Below the pieces are notes generated by a model. That model was not told where the DNA came from. It saw nothing but the letters and a program-made list of their open reading frames with translations, and ran no database searches. Shown here piece after piece: positions 20,043 to 28,688 of a stretch of DNA of 44,552 nucleotides (positions are counted from its first letter, which is position 1; every line of letters starts with the position of its first letter). Origin of the DNA: Candidatus Omnitrophota bacterium. Its GTDB lineage: Bacteria > Omnitrophota > Gorgyraeia > Gygaellales > JAMWDD01. Where the stretch lies: contig JAMWDD010000001.1 of assembly GCA_023818885.1 (NCBI GenBank), forward strand, positions 1-44,552, given 5' to 3'. A program made the translations under genes and the position numbers.

Positions 20043-21354
20043 TGTAATGAAATTGGTAAAGGCAAATAAGGTAAGATATATCCGTCTTTGGTTTACCGAT
20101 GTATTGGGTTTTTTAAAAGGTTTTACCATAACGGTCGATGAATTGCCCCGTGCCTTAGAAGACGGGATGGGTTTTGACGGCTCATCCATTGAGGGCTTTG
20201 CCCGTATAGAAGAATCGGATATGATTGCCAGACCCGACCCTAAAACCTTTGTTATTCTCCCCTGGGAATCGAAGGAACAGCCGGTAGCACGTATGTTTTG
20301 CGATATTTATAAACCCGATGGTAAACCTTTTGAAGCAGACCCGCGCTATGTCTTAAAGAAAAATTTAGAGCGTGCCAGGAAGATGGGATTTATTTATTGC
20401 GTCGGGCCGGAATTAGAATATTTTTATTTTAATAACCCCAAAAATACGATTATCTTGGATAAAGGAGGATACTTTGATTTGACTCCTTTGGATATTGCCC
20501 AAAGCGTGCGGAACGAAACGGTAAGCGCGTTGGAAAATTTGGGTATTATTGTAGAATATAGCCATCACGAAGTAGCATCCAGCCAGCATGAAATTGATTT
20601 AAGATATACCGATGCCCTTACGATGGCGGATAATGTGATGACATATAGATTAGTAGTTAAAGAAATTGCCCAAAGCAAAGGACTCCATGCCACCTTTATG
20701 CCCAAGCCAATTTACGGGATTAATGGTTCGGGTATGCATACACACCAATCTTTGTTTTATATAAAAAATGGCAAGAATGCATTTTTCGACCCTAACGATA
20801 AATTCCATCTTTCAAAAATCGCCAAATCATTCATCGCCGGTCTTCTCAAACATGCCTCAGAGATTACCTCTGTTACCAATCAATGGGTGAATTCTTATAA
20901 AAGATTGATTCCGGGTTATGAAGCGCCGGTTTATATCTGTTGGGCGCAGATGAATCGGTCGGCCTTGATTCGTGTTCCCATGTATAAGCCAGGAAAAGAA
21001 AAGGCCACGCGCATTGAGTACCGTTCACCCGATCCTGCCTGCAATCCTTATCTGGCATTTTCAGTAATGTTGGCAGCGGGATTAGAAGGGATTGAGAAAA
21101 ATTATAAATTATGTCCACCCGCTAACGACAACATTTATACCATGACCGAAGAAGAAAGAGAAAGAGCCGGCATTGGATCTTTGCCGGACGATTTATTAGT
21201 AGCCACCCGGCTTACGGAAAAAAGCCAATTAGTAAAGGGTGCGTTAGGAGAAAAGGTATTTGAATATTTTATCCGCAATAAAAAAGTAGAATGGGACGAG
21301 TATAAAGCACAGGTAACTCAATATGAGATAGATAAATACCTTCCAATTCTGTAA
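20020..21354 (+). CDS. glnA: glutamine synthetase, type I
   Basis: FDGSSIEGF, HHEVA.SQHEID, NGSGMH.H.S and RIEYRSPD motifs. 444 aa. Confidence 0.92.
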   Translation: MKPKTKSDVMKLVKANKVRYIRLWFTDVLGFLKGFTITVDELPRALEDGMGFDGSSIEGFARIEESDMIARPDPKTFVILPWESKEQPVARMFCDIYKPDGKPFEADPRYVLKKNLERARKMGFIYCVGPELEYFYFNNPKNTIILDKGGYFDLTPLDIAQSVRNETVSALENLGIIVEYSHHEVASSQHEIDLRYTDALTMADNVMTYRLVVKEIAQSKGLHATFMPKPIYGINGSGMHTHQSLFYIKNGKNAFFDPNDKFHLSKIAKSFIAGLLKHASEITSVTNQWVNSYKRLIPGYEAPVYICWAQMNRSALIRVPMYKPGKEKATRIEYRSPDPACNPYLAFSVMLAAGLEGIEKNYKLCPPANDNIYTMTEEERERAGIGSLPDDLLVATRLTEKSQLVKGALGEKVFEYFIRNKKVEWDEYKAQVTQYEIDKYLPIL

Positions 21355-21362
21355 ATCCCAAG

Positions 21363-21695
21363 ATGCCTACCAAGATAAGCGAGCAAATTGAAGCCCTCTC
21401 AAGGATAAGTAAAGCCATTGTCTCTGAGCTTTATTTAGAGGATATTTTGAAATTAATCGTTACCGTTACTGCCTTTGCCTTGGGCTCAAAGGTATGTTCT
21501 TTTATGCTCTTTGCTGAGGAAAGAGCGGCAAGGGTTATTGAGGATACGGAGAATACGGAATTGATAGTGAAAACTAAAGTTATTCAGGAAGAATTAGAAA
21601 AGCGCAAAAACTCGTTGAGCACACAAAGGGGATTTTCGCGGGCGGACGAAATTACCGAGGCATTAATTCTGACAGAAGATTTAGGGAAAAAATGA
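21363..21695 (+). CDS. hypothetical protein with an N-terminal GAF-like fragment
   Basis: The first ~50 aa (LSRISKAIVSELYLEDILKLIVTVTAFALGSKVCSFMLF) resemble the start of a GAF domain, and the rest has no recognisable motif. No clear RBS. The stop overlaps the feoA start (ATGA). Confidence 0.4.
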   Translation: MPTKISEQIEALSRISKAIVSELYLEDILKLIVTVTAFALGSKVCSFMLFAEERAARVIEDTENTELIVKTKVIQEELEKRKNSLSTQRGFSRADEITEALILTEDLGKK

Positions 21696-21925
21696 AAAAG
21701 ATATCTTTGCTTCAACTAAGGGCAAATCATAAAGGTAAAGTGGTAGAGATTCAAGGAGGCATGGGATTACAAAATAGACTTTTACATATGGGTGTTTTTA
21801 AGGGTAAAGAGATTACCAAACTTAGTCATTTAGGATTAAGAGGACCGGTAGTGATTAAGGCAGGCAGAACCATTTTGGCCTTAGGTCACGGCATGGCAGC
21901 AAAAATTGTTGTGGAGACTGAATGA
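21692..21925 (+). CDS. feoA: ferrous iron transport protein A
   Basis: 77-aa SH3-like FeoA pattern (LLQLRANHKGKVVEI...RLLHMGVFKGKEI) directly upstream of feoB. Confidence 0.85.
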   Translation: MKKISLLQLRANHKGKVVEIQGGMGLQNRLLHMGVFKGKEITKLSHLGLRGPVVIKAGRTILALGHGMAAKIVVETE

Positions 21926-23655
21926 TAAAGAAGATTTATTTAATCGGCAATCCCAATGTTGGAAAAAGCGTAGTTTTTTCGCGGCTGACGGGTGTGGAGG
22001 TGATTTCTTCCAATTATCCGGGAACAACGGTAGAAATTACCAGGGGGTATCTTAAACTAGGGGGAGAAAAGGTTGAAGTAGTGGATTTGCCCGGTACATA
22101 TTCATTGGAGCCGACTTCTACCGCAGAAGAAGTGGCTGTATCTTTATTAAGAGAATACGCAAAAGATGAAATTGTCGTAATAAATATTATTGATGCCACT
22201 AATTTGGAGAGAAATTTATTTTTGACTCTCCAGTTGATTGAGGAAGGATTTCCGCTAATTATTTGTTTGAACATGTGTGATGATGCGGTCCACCGCGGTG
22301 TCCATATCGATGTATCCAAACTGGAGAAAATTTTAAATGTGCCGGTGATTTCTACCTGCGCAGTAACCGGATTGGGCATAAAGTTGTTGATAGAAAGAAT
22401 AAAAGAGGCAGTTTCGCGTTCCCGGCCAAAACTCAGCCACCAGCAGCGTTGGATAGAAATAGGCAAAATTGTAGAAGAGGTCCAGCATCTTGAGCACCGT
22501 CACCATACTTTAAGAGAACTATTGGAAGATGCCTCCGTGCGGCCATTAAGTGGCCTGATAATCGCTGCCACCGTTATTTTTACGGCATTTAAAATTGTGC
22601 GTTTTTTAGGTGAACTGATTATTAATCGGATAACTGATCCGTTTTTTCTTAATCTCTATCAGCCATTATTGGAGAAATTGATTTTCCATTGGCAGGCAAA
22701 AAGTTTTTGGTTTCATCTTTTAATCGGAGACCTCATCAATGGAAAGATTGATTTTAAACAATCTTTGGGACTTTTGACTACTGCCCCTTATATTGAATTC
22801 GCGATGGTTTTACCTTATCTTTTGTCCTTTTATTTTATTTTAGGTCTTCTGGAAGATATTGGTTATCTACCACGCTTGGCAATTTTATTGGATAATTTAT
22901 TACACCGCTTGGGAGTGCACGGTTACGCGATTATTCCTGTACTTTTGGGATTTGGTTGTAATGTGCCTGGCATTTTAGCCACGCGGGTTTTAGAATCAAA
23001 ACGTGAGAGATTCATTGCTTCTGTGCTTATTTCTATCGGTATACCCTGCGTGCCTTTACAGGCAATGATTTTTGGCTTATTGGGAAAATACGGTGGATTT
23101 TATGTCAGCGGAGTGTATCTGGTATTATTTTCTTTAATTGTAATATTGGGATTGATTTTAAACCACACCTTAAGTGGCTATAGCCCAGAGTTTCTAATCG
23201 AAATCCCTCCTTATCGCTTTCCGCCTTTATTAATATTGATTAAAAAACTTTATTTGCGCATCAGAAGTTTTCTAATCGAGGCCGTACCAGTTGTTTTATT
23301 GGGTGTCTTATTTGTAAATATCCTTTTTTATTTTAAATGGCTTAATTTTATAACCACTATATTTACGCCCTTGCTTCAGGGTTTATTTGGTTTACCCAAA
23401 GAAGCCATCGCGAGCTTGGTCATTGGATTTTTAAGAAAGGATATTGCAGTGGGTATGCTTATTCCTTTAGGTCTATCAGTAAGACAATTGTTTATTGCCG
23501 TAACTCTTCTGGCCATATCTTTTCCTTGCGTGGCCACTTTTGTGGTTTTGTGGAAGGAATTGGGATTTAGGGCCTTGATTAAGGCAACGCTGATAATGAT
23601 TTTTGTAAGTATTTTGGTGGGCATATTACTAAATTTTGTTATTTTGCCCAAATAA
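21922..23655 (+). CDS. feoB: ferrous iron transporter B (short form)
   Basis: G-domain GNPNVGKS, DLPGTYSL and NMCD motifs, followed by a polytopic membrane domain. Confidence 0.9.
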   Translation: MIKKIYLIGNPNVGKSVVFSRLTGVEVISSNYPGTTVEITRGYLKLGGEKVEVVDLPGTYSLEPTSTAEEVAVSLLREYAKDEIVVINIIDATNLERNLFLTLQLIEEGFPLIICLNMCDDAVHRGVHIDVSKLEKILNVPVISTCAVTGLGIKLLIERIKEAVSRSRPKLSHQQRWIEIGKIVEEVQHLEHRHHTLRELLEDASVRPLSGLIIAATVIFTAFKIVRFLGELIINRITDPFFLNLYQPLLEKLIFHWQAKSFWFHLLIGDLINGKIDFKQSLGLLTTAPYIEFAMVLPYLLSFYFILGLLEDIGYLPRLAILLDNLLHRLGVHGYAIIPVLLGFGCNVPGILATRVLESKRERFIASVLISIGIPCVPLQAMIFGLLGKYGGFYVSGVYLVLFSLIVILGLILNHTLSGYSPEFLIEIPPYRFPPLLILIKKLYLRIRSFLIEAVPVVLLGVLFVNILFYFKWLNFITTIFTPLLQGLFGLPKEAIASLVIGFLRKDIAVGMLIPLGLSVRQLFIAVTLLAISFPCVATFVVLWKELGFRALIKATLIMIFVSILVGILLNFVILPK

Positions 23656-23680
23656 AATTTAAAAAGGAGGTAAGTAATCA

Positions 23681-25198
23681 ATGGAAGAACAGACGGGTAG
23701 TAAGGCAAAACACTACGTCACCGCTGCCGAAGATCGCATCCCTCTTTTTCAAAAGATCGTATACAGTATAGGGGCATTTGCGAATACCGCACAGTCGGCT
23801 TTTATCGGTCAGATGGTTATTGTTTTAAATTTGGGACTGGGGGTTAATCCGGCCTTAGTGGGTCTGGCAGGAGCCATTCCCCGGATTGTTGATGCTATAT
23901 CCGATCCCATTACCGGTTATATTTCAGACAATATCCGCACACGGTGGGGACGTCGGAGGCCGATGATATTTTTTGGGGCAATCAGCGGAGGGGTTTTATA
24001 TGCATTGTTATACCATCTCTATAAGGGGCACAGTGAAAGTTTCTATTTCTGGTATTTCACGATATTACAGTGCCTTTACTTTATCGGATTTACTTGTTTT
24101 TCTATTCCTTGGATTGCGCTGGGTTATGAAATGACGCCAGATTATCACGAGCGGACCCGTTTACAAGCAGCCAGTAACCTTGTAGGTCAGTTGCCTTGGC
24201 TCATTGCTCCTTGGTGTTGGGCGATTATGCACAACCAAGCCTGGTTTGCCGATGTTGTGGTTGGCGCTAGAGTTTTGGCTATCATCATCGGTAGTGTGAT
24301 CATCTGTTGTGGCATTCTTCCCGCCATCTTCAATAAAGAGCACTTTCAGAATTTACCCCGGCCGGATGTCAGAGGGGTCTGGAGTGTAATGAAAAAGTTT
24401 TTTAAGGGGATTTTTATTACCCTAAAATGCAAGCCATTTCTTAAACTTTGTTTGGCAACGTTGCTTATCTTCGGCGGATTTATGTGTGCTTCTGCATTCA
24501 CGATTTATGTGGTTTTTTTCTATGTCTTTAAAAACGCAGCAGTGCTTGACCAGGCCTATGCCAGCGGTGGAAAACTCCTTGGTTTCTATGGAACATTTAG
24601 CGCCTTGTGTACACTGGGTGTGGTTTCTTTAATCCCTGGGATATCCAGGAAAGTTGGAAAAAGAAATACATTTTTTATTACGATTCCTATTTCGATAGTG
24701 GGTTATGCCCTTAAATGGATAGGGTATAATCCCCGTTATCCCTATTTATTGTTTATCGCTGCTCCCTTTATTACCTTCGGCTTAGGGTCGTTATTTACGC
24801 TGATGAGTTCAATGGTTGCCGATGTCTGCGATGTGGATGAACTCCAGACCTCAGACCGGCGCGAAGGAATGTATAGCGCGGTGTATTGGTGGATGGTGAA
24901 ACTGGGGGTAGCGTTATCATCGTTTATCTCAGGAGTTCTTATCAACGCAACTGGTTTTCGGCAGGAATTGGGCCTGGCCCAGTCTGCCAAGACATTATTG
25001 TGGATGAGGATTTATGATATCAATATCCCCATTATAACCTCTTTAATTGCTATTTTTATTCTTATGACTTATGAAATCTCCGAAGCCAAGGCTCATGACG
25101 TACGCCTGCAAGTGGAAAGACGCAGAGAAGAAAGGCGTAAAGCGCAGATACAAATAGAGGAAGAAAGACGAAGAAAAGAAAGGCGAAGAGAAGCATAA
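23681..25198 (+). CDS. MFS transporter, glycoside-pentoside-hexuronide (GPH/MelB-like) family, with a charged Arg/Glu-rich C-terminal tail
   Basis: DAISDPITGYISDNIRTRWGRRRP signature of GPH symporters and about 12 TM segments. RBS AAAGGAGG lies upstream. Confidence 0.8.
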   Translation: MEEQTGSKAKHYVTAAEDRIPLFQKIVYSIGAFANTAQSAFIGQMVIVLNLGLGVNPALVGLAGAIPRIVDAISDPITGYISDNIRTRWGRRRPMIFFGAISGGVLYALLYHLYKGHSESFYFWYFTILQCLYFIGFTCFSIPWIALGYEMTPDYHERTRLQAASNLVGQLPWLIAPWCWAIMHNQAWFADVVVGARVLAIIIGSVIICCGILPAIFNKEHFQNLPRPDVRGVWSVMKKFFKGIFITLKCKPFLKLCLATLLIFGGFMCASAFTIYVVFFYVFKNAAVLDQAYASGGKLLGFYGTFSALCTLGVVSLIPGISRKVGKRNTFFITIPISIVGYALKWIGYNPRYPYLLFIAAPFITFGLGSLFTLMSSMVADVCDVDELQTSDRREGMYSAVYWWMVKLGVALSSFISGVLINATGFRQELGLAQSAKTLLWMRIYDINIPIITSLIAIFILMTYEISEAKAHDVRLQVERRREERRKAQIQIEEERRRKERRREA

Positions 25199-25225
25199 TA
25201 TATTGATTTTTATTTAGGTCTGAAT

Positions 25226-25828
25226 ATGAATACCAAAACTGTTATTGCTTTTTGGCTTTTCATTGCCGGGATTATTATTATTTTATTTAATCCGGTATTG
25301 GGTATCGCTTTATTTTGTATTTCCCTCTTGCTTTATCAGAAGTCGTCGGCGCCGGCAGAAAAAGACAGGTTCGCAGGAATAAAGATATTTGGCTGGGTAG
25401 AAGTAATCGTGGGCGCATTAGGAAGTTTCGTTTTTTTGGCGTCTTTACTGGTTTTGTTAGCGACCACTTTTGGTATGAGAGAGGCCCAGCCGGGAGATTT
25501 TGGATTAGTGCCTGCACTATTTTTTTCTATTCCCTTCGTGCCAGCATTTTTAGCCGGGGTAGGAGTTATTAGACGCAAAGCATGGGGAAGAAAAATTAAC
25601 TCGTTGGGGATACCCATTGTAATTGCTTTATTAGCAGCGTGTTTGTTAGTTTTTTTAATACTTGGTTTAATTTATTTTATTTTGAATGAGCCGCCAAATC
25701 TTTTTATTATTGTACACTACATCGCTTTTCTGATTTTAGATGTGGTCATTGCAATAAATTTAATCCTTGCATTTAGACGCTTCTTTAATAGTTTAGTCGT
25801 AAAAGAATATTTTAACTTGCAAGAATAA
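25226..25828 (+). CDS. hypothetical integral membrane protein (about 6 TM)
   Basis: Long hydrophobic segments and no recognisable motif. Fills the gap between well-supported genes on the same strand. Confidence 0.55.
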   Translation: MNTKTVIAFWLFIAGIIIILFNPVLGIALFCISLLLYQKSSAPAEKDRFAGIKIFGWVEVIVGALGSFVFLASLLVLLATTFGMREAQPGDFGLVPALFFSIPFVPAFLAGVGVIRRKAWGRKINSLGIPIVIALLAACLLVFLILGLIYFILNEPPNLFIIVHYIAFLILDVVIAINLILAFRRFFNSLVVKEYFNLQE

Positions 25829-25831
25829 CCC

Positions 25832-26992
25832 TTGAATAAATTTATACGAGTATATATCCGGACTTTTGGGTGTCAGATGAATGTGCGGGATTCGGAGGTG
25901 ATCGCCGGGCTTTTAAATAAAGCCGGCTATAAGATTGTCGATACCGAGAAAAAGGCGGATGCGGTAATTTTTAATACCTGTTCGGTACGGCAGCACGCGG
26001 AGGAGAGAGTTTGGAGTGCCATTGGTCGGCTCAAGCCTGACGTCCTAAACTCTAAGCCCAAAATCATCGGTCTCGTCGGTTGCATGGCCCAAGCATACAA
26101 AGAAAAGGCATTTGAGAAGGCAGGGAATATAGATTTTGTAGCAGGCCCCCAAGATATCCACAAGATTCCCCGGATATTAGAGGGTCTTATAAACTCAAAA
26201 GTTCAGAATCCAAAACTTTTTGAAAAAAAGATTTGGGAGACCGCTGGCAGCATCCGGCCAGAAGAGATTTATCACTCCGGATACCGCCAAGAGAAGAATC
26301 ATGCTTATGTGGTTATTTCAGAAGGTTGCGAAAATTTTTGTTCTTACTGCATAGTTCCTTATGTGCGGGGACCTTTGCGTCACCGCGATTATAAAGATAT
26401 CTTAAAGGAGATAAAGCAAGCAGTTGATTCGGGCATAACCAAAATTACCCTTTTAGGCCAGAATGTAAATACATATCAATGCGGTAATGTTGATTTTGTC
26501 AACTTTGTGGAACGCGTTAATTCAGTTAAGGGCCTGGAGGCATTCGGATTTATTACCTCACATCCTAAAGATACAACGCTGGATTTATTTAAGGCCTTAG
26601 CCAATTGCGAGAGGTTCAATAAATACTTGCATCTTCCCGTACAGTCGGGCTCGGATAGGATTTTAAAATTGATGAATCGTGGTTATACTAGAGAATTTTA
26701 TTTGAATCTGGTGGAGGGTTATCGTAAAATAATTAAAAAAGGTAGCTTAAGCACAGACATTATCGTGGGTTTCCCTTCGGAGACAGAGGCGGACTTTCAG
26801 CAGACATACGATTTAGTCAGAAGGGTAGAATTTGACAAGGCCTACATTTTTAAATACTCGGTGCGGCCAAATACCAAGGCAGCAGAATTTGTTGACGATG
26901 TAGAAAAAAGGGAAAAAGAGCGCCGGCATCAATTGATATTGGATTTACAGAAATCAATCTCAAAAGCAAAAAATGCCAAGAAAGATATTTAA
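25832..26992 (+). CDS. miaB: tRNA (i6A37) methylthiotransferase MiaB-like, lacking the C-terminal TRAM domain
   Basis: UPF0004 domain (TFGCQMN, NTCSVR, GCMAQ) and radical SAM (SEGCENFCSYCIVPYVRG). The protein ends right after the radical SAM module. TTG start. Confidence 0.8.
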   Translation: MNKFIRVYIRTFGCQMNVRDSEVIAGLLNKAGYKIVDTEKKADAVIFNTCSVRQHAEERVWSAIGRLKPDVLNSKPKIIGLVGCMAQAYKEKAFEKAGNIDFVAGPQDIHKIPRILEGLINSKVQNPKLFEKKIWETAGSIRPEEIYHSGYRQEKNHAYVVISEGCENFCSYCIVPYVRGPLRHRDYKDILKEIKQAVDSGITKITLLGQNVNTYQCGNVDFVNFVERVNSVKGLEAFGFITSHPKDTTLDLFKALANCERFNKYLHLPVQSGSDRILKLMNRGYTREFYLNLVEGYRKIIKKGSLSTDIIVGFPSETEADFQQTYDLVRRVEFDKAYIFKYSVRPNTKAAEFVDDVEKREKERRHQLILDLQKSISKAKNAKKDI

Positions 26993-27737
26993 TTTGGCAA
27001 TATTGGTTTATCTGGTTTTATATCCGGCTGTCGCTTCTTACAGCAGCGATTTTCACAATATTAGAGTTAATTTTTTAAAGGGCGATTATAACGCCTGCAT
27101 TGTTGAAGGAGAGAAGATTTTAATTGATGCATATCACTCCCGCGATGCCGATGAGTTATATTATCTTCTAGCAACAAGTTATCTAAAGACAGGAAATTAT
27201 CTGCGTGCGGAAGATATCTTTGAAATCCTGATTAAGGAATTTAAGGACTCAAAATTTCGCGATGAGGCCTACATCGGCCTGGGTGATGTATGCTTATTAG
27301 AAGGAGATTTTAGTGGCGCAGAAGCGAAATATAGAGAACTCTTAAGGATTAATCCTTCTACAAAATTAATTTCTTTGGTGACTTTGAAATTAGCCCAGGT
27401 CATGCTTAAACAAGGAAAATGGGAGGAGGCAAGGCAGTATTTAAATAAATTAAACGAAGATTTTCCTTTGAGTTTGGAGCGCAGATTAGCAGAAAGTTTC
27501 TGGAACGATGACTTTTATTTTACCATCCAGGTAGGCTCTTTTTCTGATGCTAATAATGCCAAGAAGCTGAGCCAAAAACTTAACGAAAAGAAATATCCTG
27601 CCTATGTAGATGAGTTTAAAGTCAATGATAAGATTACTTATCGGGTGCGCGTGGGAAAATTTAATACACGTCAGGAAGCAGAGGATTTAGCAAAGAAACT
27701 CGCTGGTCTTGGTTATCCCACAAAAATATTTCCCTAG
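26973..27737 (+). CDS. secreted or membrane-anchored TPR-repeat protein with a C-terminal SPOR domain
   Basis: N-terminal hydrophobic signal, TPR-like repeats (YYLLATSYLKTGNYLRAEDIF; AYIGLGDVCLLEGDF) and a SPOR motif (FTIQVGSFSDANNAKKL...YRVRVGKFNTRQEAEDLAKKL). Confidence 0.75.
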   Translation: MPRKIFNLAILVYLVLYPAVASYSSDFHNIRVNFLKGDYNACIVEGEKILIDAYHSRDADELYYLLATSYLKTGNYLRAEDIFEILIKEFKDSKFRDEAYIGLGDVCLLEGDFSGAEAKYRELLRINPSTKLISLVTLKLAQVMLKQGKWEEARQYLNKLNEDFPLSLERRLAESFWNDDFYFTIQVGSFSDANNAKKLSQKLNEKKYPAYVDEFKVNDKITYRVRVGKFNTRQEAEDLAKKLAGLGYPTKIFP

Positions 27738-28679
27738 GTGAAGTCAGGAAAGCGACTTAAAAAAGTTATTTTTTTAGTCGGGCCAACGGCGAGCGGAAAA
27801 AGCGAGATTGCACTGTCTTTGGCGAAAAGAATAGATGCAGAAATTATTTCCTGCGATTCCATGCAGATTTATAAAGGCATGGATATCCTCACCTCAAAAC
27901 CTCCTAAAAATTTGCTGCGAAAAATCAGGCATCATCTTTTAAATATTAAGTCGCCTCAAGAAGAATTTGATGTGGCCGAATATCGACGTCTTGCCTTAAA
28001 AAAGATTAAATTAATTCACCGTAGAGGAAAAATTCCTTTGTTTGTTGGCGGAACAGGTTTTTATATGAGTGTAATCTTGGATGGAATTTTCCCAGGGGTG
28101 GGTGCAGATAAGGGCATAAGAAAGAGGTTTTATGCGTACGCCCAAAAATACAGCGCTAAAAAACTTTATGAAAGATTAGAAAAGATTGACCCTGAAGCCG
28201 CGACAAAAATTCATCCGCATGACTTAAGGCGAATAGTCCGTGCCTTAGAGGTATATGAAAAGACCGGCAGACCCATTTCTGAATGGCACAAAAAAAGAAG
28301 CGGTATCTGGGATAGTTATGATGTAAGGATTTTTGGCATAAAGAGGTCGAAACGCGCACTGATTCGGAGAATAAATGCGCGCGTCGAGAAAATGTTTGAA
28401 GTCGGTTTGGTGGATGAGGTGAGAAAATTGTTAAGAAAGAAATTGAGCCGCACTGCTGGTTTTGCCATAGGTATCCGAGAGATAGGAGGATATCTCGGTG
28501 GCGAGTATGATCTTAAAGAGGCGAAGAGGCGAATAGAGCATAATACGTGGCTTTACGCGAAGAGACAAATGACTTGGTTTAGAAAGGATGAGAGGATAGA
28601 GTGGGTGAGGGTTACCGAAAAGGATACTGGTAAGAAGATAGCCGGGATAATTTATAAACGTTTAAGGTTAAGAGGTTAG
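27738..28679 (+). CDS. miaA: tRNA dimethylallyltransferase
   Basis: GPTASGKS P-loop, DSMQIYKGMDI and GGTGFY motifs. GTG start. Confidence 0.9.
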   Translation: MKSGKRLKKVIFLVGPTASGKSEIALSLAKRIDAEIISCDSMQIYKGMDILTSKPPKNLLRKIRHHLLNIKSPQEEFDVAEYRRLALKKIKLIHRRGKIPLFVGGTGFYMSVILDGIFPGVGADKGIRKRFYAYAQKYSAKKLYERLEKIDPEAATKIHPHDLRRIVRALEVYEKTGRPISEWHKKRSGIWDSYDVRIFGIKRSKRALIRRINARVEKMFEVGLVDEVRKLLRKKLSRTAGFAIGIREIGGYLGGEYDLKEAKRRIEHNTWLYAKRQMTWFRKDERIEWVRVTEKDTGKKIAGIIYKRLRLRG

Positions 28680-28688
28680 AGATAAAGG

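Noticed and set aside
22014-22466. 150-aa minus-strand ORF, and similar long antisense ORFs at 407-814, 8889-9206, 10641-10940, 13699-14067, 17152-17511, 23376-23708, 28889-29278, 30221-30550, 31463-31852 and 35495-35833
   Set aside because: Each lies almost entirely antisense to a + strand gene with unmistakable conserved motifs (feoB, hydrogenase delta, bioB, bioF, bioA, uppP, hflX, clpB, dnaK). The translations are low-complexity with no recognisable motif, and none has a convincing RBS. They are typical shadow ORFs.
25100-25198. Highly charged Arg/Glu-rich C-terminal tail of the GPH transporter (RRREERRKAQIQIEEERRRKERRREA)
   Set aside because: It is real in the sequence, but it is a low-complexity cytoplasmic tail with no recognisable function, and I cannot attach a testable hypothesis to it.
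25287-25617. Cluster of overlapping alternative-frame ORFs (25315-25572 +, 25336-25617 -, 25287-25517 -) inside the hypothetical membrane protein gene
   Set aside because: The 25226-25828 frame encodes coherent TM helices and fits the gene spacing. The alternative frames give Arg/Gly/Pro-rich or otherwise unstructured sequence. Several frames being open is most simply a composition effect. The membrane protein's function remains unknown.
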